Assembly: GCA_036149055.1 (NCBI GenBank)
Contig: JAYZQJ010000272.1
Span: 1 to 36,353, forward strand
DNA: 36,353 nt
Reading direction: 5' to 3'
Source of the DNA: Myxococcota bacterium
GTDB lineage: Bacteria > Myxococcota_A > Polyangia > Polyangiales > Sandaracinaceae
Part shown: positions 32,535-36,353 of the stretch, piece by piece
Numbering within the stretch: the stretch's first letter is position 1
Layout: every line of letters begins with the position of its first letter
Notes under the pieces: generated by a model
The model's input: only the letters and a program-made list of their open reading frames with translations
Told to the model about the DNA's origin: nothing
Database searches by the model: none
Made by a program: the position numbers and the translations under genes

Positions 32535-34202
32535 ATGTCGAGACGCGCCAGCCTCGCCTTCGGTCTGCTCCTCGCCCTCTCGCTCGCCGGCTGCGGTGGC
32601 GCCGCCCCCGCCCCCGCGCCAGCGCCGGTCGTCCTCAGCGTCGTCGGCACGAACGACCTGCACGGCCACCTCGAGGCGCTGCCCCTGTTCGGCGGCTACC
32701 TGCGCGCGCTCCGCGAGGCCCGGGCCGAGGACGGCGCGGTGGTGCTGCTCGACGGCGGCGACATGTTCCAGGGCACGCTCGAGTCGAACCTCGCCGAGGG
32801 CGCGCCGGTGGTCGCCGCCTACGCCGCGCTCGGCTACGACGCGGTGACGATCGGCAACCACGAGTTCGACTTCGGACCTCTCGGCCCCTCGCCCATCCCC
32901 GAGTCGCCCGAGGACGATCCGCGAGGCGCGCTCCGGGCGAGGGCGCGCGAGGCCGCCTTCCCGTTCCTCACCGCCAACCTGCTCGTCGACGAGACCGGCG
33001 CGCGCGTAGCGTGGGAGAACGCGCCGCCGTCCGTCCTGCTCGAGCGCGCGGGCGTGAAGATCGGCGTGATCGGGGTGACGACCGAGGACACGCTGACCAC
33101 CACCATCGCGGCCAACGTCGCCGACCTCCGCATGGCCCCGCTGGCCGAGAGCGTGGCGCGTGAGGCGGACGCGCTGCGGGCGCGCGGCGCGCAGGTGATC
33201 CTCGTCGCGGCGCACGCCGGGGGGCGGTGCGAGCGCTTCGACGATCCGAACGACCTCAGCTCCTGCGACCCCGAGGAGGAGATCTTCGCGGTGGCCCGTG
33301 CGCTGCCGGCCGGCGCGGTCGACGTGATCGTCGGCGGGCACACCCACCGAGGCGTGGCCCATGTGGTGAACGGCACGCCGATCATCGAGTCGTACGCCTA
33401 CGGGCGCGCCTTCGGCCGCGTCGATCTCGTGGTCGACCCGGCGCGCGGCGTGGTGGATCGACGGGTTCATCCGCCTCGCGATCTCTGCGCGACCGGCCAG
33501 CTCGGTGACGACTGCGCGCCGTCCGAGTACGAGGGCCGCGCGGTCTCGCCGGATCCCGCGGTCGCCGCGGTGACCGAGCCCGCCATCGAGGCGGCCCGGG
33601 AGGCGCGCGAGCGACCTCTCGGGGTGACGCTCACCGGCGCGTTCGCGCAGGCGCGGGAGCGGGAGAACGCGCTCGGCAACCTCTTCACCGATCTGATGCG
33701 CGCCGCGCACCCCGAGGCGGAGGTCGCGCTGACCAACGGCGGCGGCCTGCGCGCCGACCTGCCCGCCGGGCCGCTCACCTATGGGGCGCTCTACCTCTCG
33801 TTCCCGTTCGACAACCGCTTCGCCGTCGTGCGGCTCACCGGCGCGCAGCTCACCGCGATCGTCGCCGCCAACCTCCAGGACGACGGCAGCTTCTTCTCGC
33901 TCTCCGGCGTCCGCGCGTCCGCGCGCTGCGAGGACGGCGCGCTCGCGGTGACCCTGACCCGCGAGGGCGGCGAGGTCATCGCCCCGGACGAGACGATCAC
34001 CCTCGTCACCACCGACTACGTGGCCACCGGCGGCGACGGATTCCCGGCGTCGGAGATCACGGTGCACGACGCGCAGACGGTGCGCGACGGGGTGGCGGAG
34101 GCGCTGACGGAGCGAGGCGGCGCGCTCGCGCCCGACGCCTTCTTCACTCCGAGCTCACCGCGGGTGTCCTATGAAGGCGAGCGCCCCCTCCAGTGCCGCT
34201 GA
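32535..34202 (+). CDS. Bifunctional metallophosphatase/5'-nucleotidase lipoprotein (UshA-like family)
   Basis: Lipobox SLAG/C; TNDLHG, LDGGD, GNHEFD, GGHTH; C-terminal ENALGNL, NGGGLR, PFDN. Confidence 0.93.
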   Translation: MSRRASLAFGLLLALSLAGCGGAAPAPAPAPVVLSVVGTNDLHGHLEALPLFGGYLRALREARAEDGAVVLLDGGDMFQGTLESNLAEGAPVVAAYAALGYDAVTIGNHEFDFGPLGPSPIPESPEDDPRGALRARAREAAFPFLTANLLVDETGARVAWENAPPSVLLERAGVKIGVIGVTTEDTLTTTIAANVADLRMAPLAESVAREADALRARGAQVILVAAHAGGRCERFDDPNDLSSCDPEEEIFAVARALPAGAVDVIVGGHTHRGVAHVVNGTPIIESYAYGRAFGRVDLVVDPARGVVDRRVHPPRDLCATGQLGDDCAPSEYEGRAVSPDPAVAAVTEPAIEAAREARERPLGVTLTGAFAQARERENALGNLFTDLMRAAHPEAEVALTNGGGLRADLPAGPLTYGALYLSFPFDNRFAVVRLTGAQLTAIVAANLQDDGSFFSLSGVRASARCEDGALAVTLTREGGEVIAPDETITLVTTDYVATGGDGFPASEITVHDAQTVRDGVAEALTERGGALAPDAFFTPSSPRVSYEGERPLQCR

Positions 34203-34485
34203 CCTTTCTGGGCAGGGGCGGGTCCGCCCCCGCCCCCCCGCTGCGGCGGCACAACGATGTTCGCTCCGGGCTGCGCCCTCCGCAAACATCGCTGCGCCTC
34301 CTCCGCGGGGCCCCCCCACCCACTCCGCGCGCGTCGCTCCGCTCGCGCGCGACCCCAGCGCGGGGCGCTGGGTCCCCTGCGGCTCGCGCTCGCGCTTCGC
34401 GCGAACTGGCCGCCCGCTGCCGCGGGATCGAACCTGGGGAGTGCTGCGTGCGGCGACCTCGCTTTGTCGTCGCCAACGCTGGAGC
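34203..34485. repeat. Multi-hairpin intergenic element containing a dispersed copy of the left-edge repeat
   Basis: 34379-34474 closely matches 45-141. Extra stems at 34215-34230, 34255/34285 (CGATGTT/AACATCG) and 34354-34372. It lies between convergent genes. Confidence 0.85.
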
Positions 34486-35133
34486 TCATTCGAGGAGGCG
34501 AAGGAGCGCCGAGGGGTGATCGATCCGGTGGTCCGCTTCGGCGAGCTCGGCGGGCGGGCGCATGCCCCAGGTGACGCCCACCGAGACCATGCCCGCCGCC
34601 TGCGCGGTGCGGACGTCGACCCGGGTGTCGCCGACGAAGAGCAGCTCCGCGGGCGGCACCTCGAGGCGGGCGGCGAGCTCGAGCGCGGCCGCGGGGTCGG
34701 GCTTGCGGCGGACCTCGGGCCGCTGCCCCAGGACCTCGACGAAGGGGTGATCGGCGAAGAGCGCCTCGACCACCCGGCGGGTCATCGGGTGGGGCTTGTT
34801 GGACAGCACGGCGGTGGGCGTGCCCCGGGCGGCGAGCGTGGAGAGCAGCGCCTCCACGCCGTCGAACGCGCGGGTGTGCACGACGAGGCGCTCGTCGTAG
34901 GCGGCGCGGAAGCGCTCGAGGGCGTCGTCTTCGAGGGCTCGGCCCGCCTCCTCCGCGCGCGCGCCGAGGGCCCGGCGCACCAGCATCCGGGCGCCGTCGC
35001 CGACGCAGCGCTCGACCCGCTCGCGCTCGAGCGCCGCGAGCCCGAGCGCCGTGAACGCGACGCCGAGCGCCGCGGTGATGTCGTCGAGGCTGTCGACCAG
35101 GGTCCCATCGAGATCGAAGATCACGCCGCGCAT
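34486..35133 (-). CDS. HAD-superfamily hydrolase, phosphoglycolate phosphatase (Gph)-like
   Basis: IFDLDGTLVDS, LSNK, KPDP, FVGDTRVD, GVTWG. Confidence 0.92.
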   Translation of the reverse strand: MRGVIFDLDGTLVDSLDDITAALGVAFTALGLAALERERVERCVGDGARMLVRRALGARAEEAGRALEDDALERFRAAYDERLVVHTRAFDGVEALLSTLAARGTPTAVLSNKPHPMTRRVVEALFADHPFVEVLGQRPEVRRKPDPAAALELAARLEVPPAELLFVGDTRVDVRTAQAAGMVSVGVTWGMRPPAELAEADHRIDHPSALLRLLE

Positions 35134-35139
35134 GCGGGG

Positions 35140-35156
35140 AGGGTAGCCGCTATCCT
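35140..35156. promoter_or_regulatory. Back-to-back divergent -10 boxes, each 6 nt from a start codon
   Basis: Minus: TACCCT(35145-35140)-ccccgc-ATG 35133. Plus: TATCCT(35151-35156)-gagggc-GTG 35163. The intergenic gap is only 29 bp. Confidence 0.6.
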
Positions 35157-35162
35157 GAGGGC

Positions 35163-36107
35163 GTGACCGTCTCGGCCGACGATCTCGAGCGTCACCTCGC
35201 GGCGCTCTCCGCGCGCGTCCAGAACCGGCGCGCGGGGATCTACGGGCCGGGCACCCTCTCGTGGGAGGTGAACCGCGAGGGCGTGATCATGCTCGGCGGC
35301 GGGGCGGCGGCGCTCCTGCAGCTCGCCCACCCGTTCGTGGCCCACGCGGTCGACCAGCACAGCCACACCCGGAACGATCCGGCCGGCCGCTTCCAGCGCA
35401 CCTTCCGCCACGTCTTCGCGATGGTCTTCGGGGACCTCGACCACGCGCTCTCCGCCGCCCGCCGGGTGCACGCCCTGCACCAGACCATCCGCGGCCGCAT
35501 CACCGAGGACGTCGGGCGCTTCCGGCGCGGCGACCGCTACCAGGCCAACGACGAGCGCGCGCTCCTCTGGGTGCACGCCACCCTCGTCGACACCGCTCTG
35601 CAAGTCTACGAGCGGATCGTCACCCCGCTGCACCCGCACGAGCGCAACGCGTACTACGAGGAGTCCAAGCTCTTCGCCTACCTCTTCGGCATCCCCGACG
35701 CCGTGCTCCCGCCCACCTGGGAGGCCTTCGAGCGCTACTACGCCGACGAGATCGCCTCGGACACGATCGCGGTCGGCGCGCCGGCCCTCGACATGCGCCG
35801 CTTCCTGTTCACCCCGCCCACCCCCGCGCTCGCGCCCCTGACCCGCTGGTACGAGGCCTTCACCGCCGGCCTCCTGCCCCCGAAGCTGCGCACCCAGCTC
35901 CAGTTCTCCTGGGGCCCCGTCGATCGCGCCCTCCACGCGCGCTCCATCCCCCTCCTCCGCGCCGCCCACCGCCTCGCGCCCTCCCGCCTCACCCGCTTCC
36001 CCGCCTACGTCGAAGCCGAGAAGCGCCTCGCCGGCCGCCCGCCCCACGACCGCCTCGGCCGCGCCCTCGAGCGCCTGGCCCTGGGAGCGATTCAACCCCG
36101 CGGCTGA
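35163..36107 (+). CDS. MpaB/DUF2236 (rubber-oxygenase-like) family protein
   Basis: GGGAAALLQLAHPFVAHAVDQHS, PAGRFQRT, VHALHQTIRG, YQANDERALLWVHATL. Confidence 0.9.
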   Translation: MTVSADDLERHLAALSARVQNRRAGIYGPGTLSWEVNREGVIMLGGGAAALLQLAHPFVAHAVDQHSHTRNDPAGRFQRTFRHVFAMVFGDLDHALSAARRVHALHQTIRGRITEDVGRFRRGDRYQANDERALLWVHATLVDTALQVYERIVTPLHPHERNAYYEESKLFAYLFGIPDAVLPPTWEAFERYYADEIASDTIAVGAPALDMRRFLFTPPTPALAPLTRWYEAFTAGLLPPKLRTQLQFSWGPVDRALHARSIPLLRAAHRLAPSRLTRFPAYVEAEKRLAGRPPHDRLGRALERLALGAIQPRG

Positions 36108-36353
36108 GCCGTCCCCGAGCCCTCGGGTCGATCCAGGGGGTGAGGTTCGATTCGTCGGCACGAAGGCGAGGGGAGTCGGGAGGTGGGAGGCGAGGAGGGA
36201 ATAGCCACCCGAGCTCGCCACGCCGCAGCCGACGTCGCCACCGACCTCGTCGACCCGCCCGAGGCGCCGGCTGCCCGCCGACCCCGCAGCCCCCCGCCGC
36301 CCCGCGACTCCGCCACCGCCTCCGGCCCCGCCGCCGCCCTCGCTGCCGCTGCC

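Noticed and set aside
36108..36353. Possible CDS or repeat at the right edge
   Set aside because: Low-complexity purine/pyrimidine-skewed sequence with GCC/GCT runs, no convincing frame or motif, and truncated by the window.

Overview
Very GC-rich bacterial DNA. Gene content points to a myxobacterium (Myxococcota, probably Polyangiales/Sandaracinaceae): a MYXO-CTERM protein, DUF2330, a DUF1592/DUF1552 pair, a FrgA-like protein, a Hanks-type kinase and many lipoproteins. About 20 real CDSs are supported; most other ORFs in the track are antisense or off-frame shadows. No rRNA, tRNA, CRISPR array, transposase or integrase was seen. The most interesting region is 6050-14385: a translationally coupled operon (Ser/Thr kinase, then a sigma54 activator with a degenerate NTPase and TPRs, then a 111-aa secreted lipoprotein ending EEPTPEPM) sits back-to-back with a membrane-anchored, catalytically dead sigma54-activator homolog. 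Other signals are: a ~95-bp tandem array at the left edge with a dispersed copy at ~34.4 kb; a lipoprotein signal peptide that is out of frame with its gene at a double hairpin (1811-1933); a perfect TCGAAC-N4-GTTCGA box in the DUF1592/DUF1552 promoter; and four TANNNT-N6-start (leaderless-type) promoters. All family calls come from motif recognition by eye; no database searches were run.
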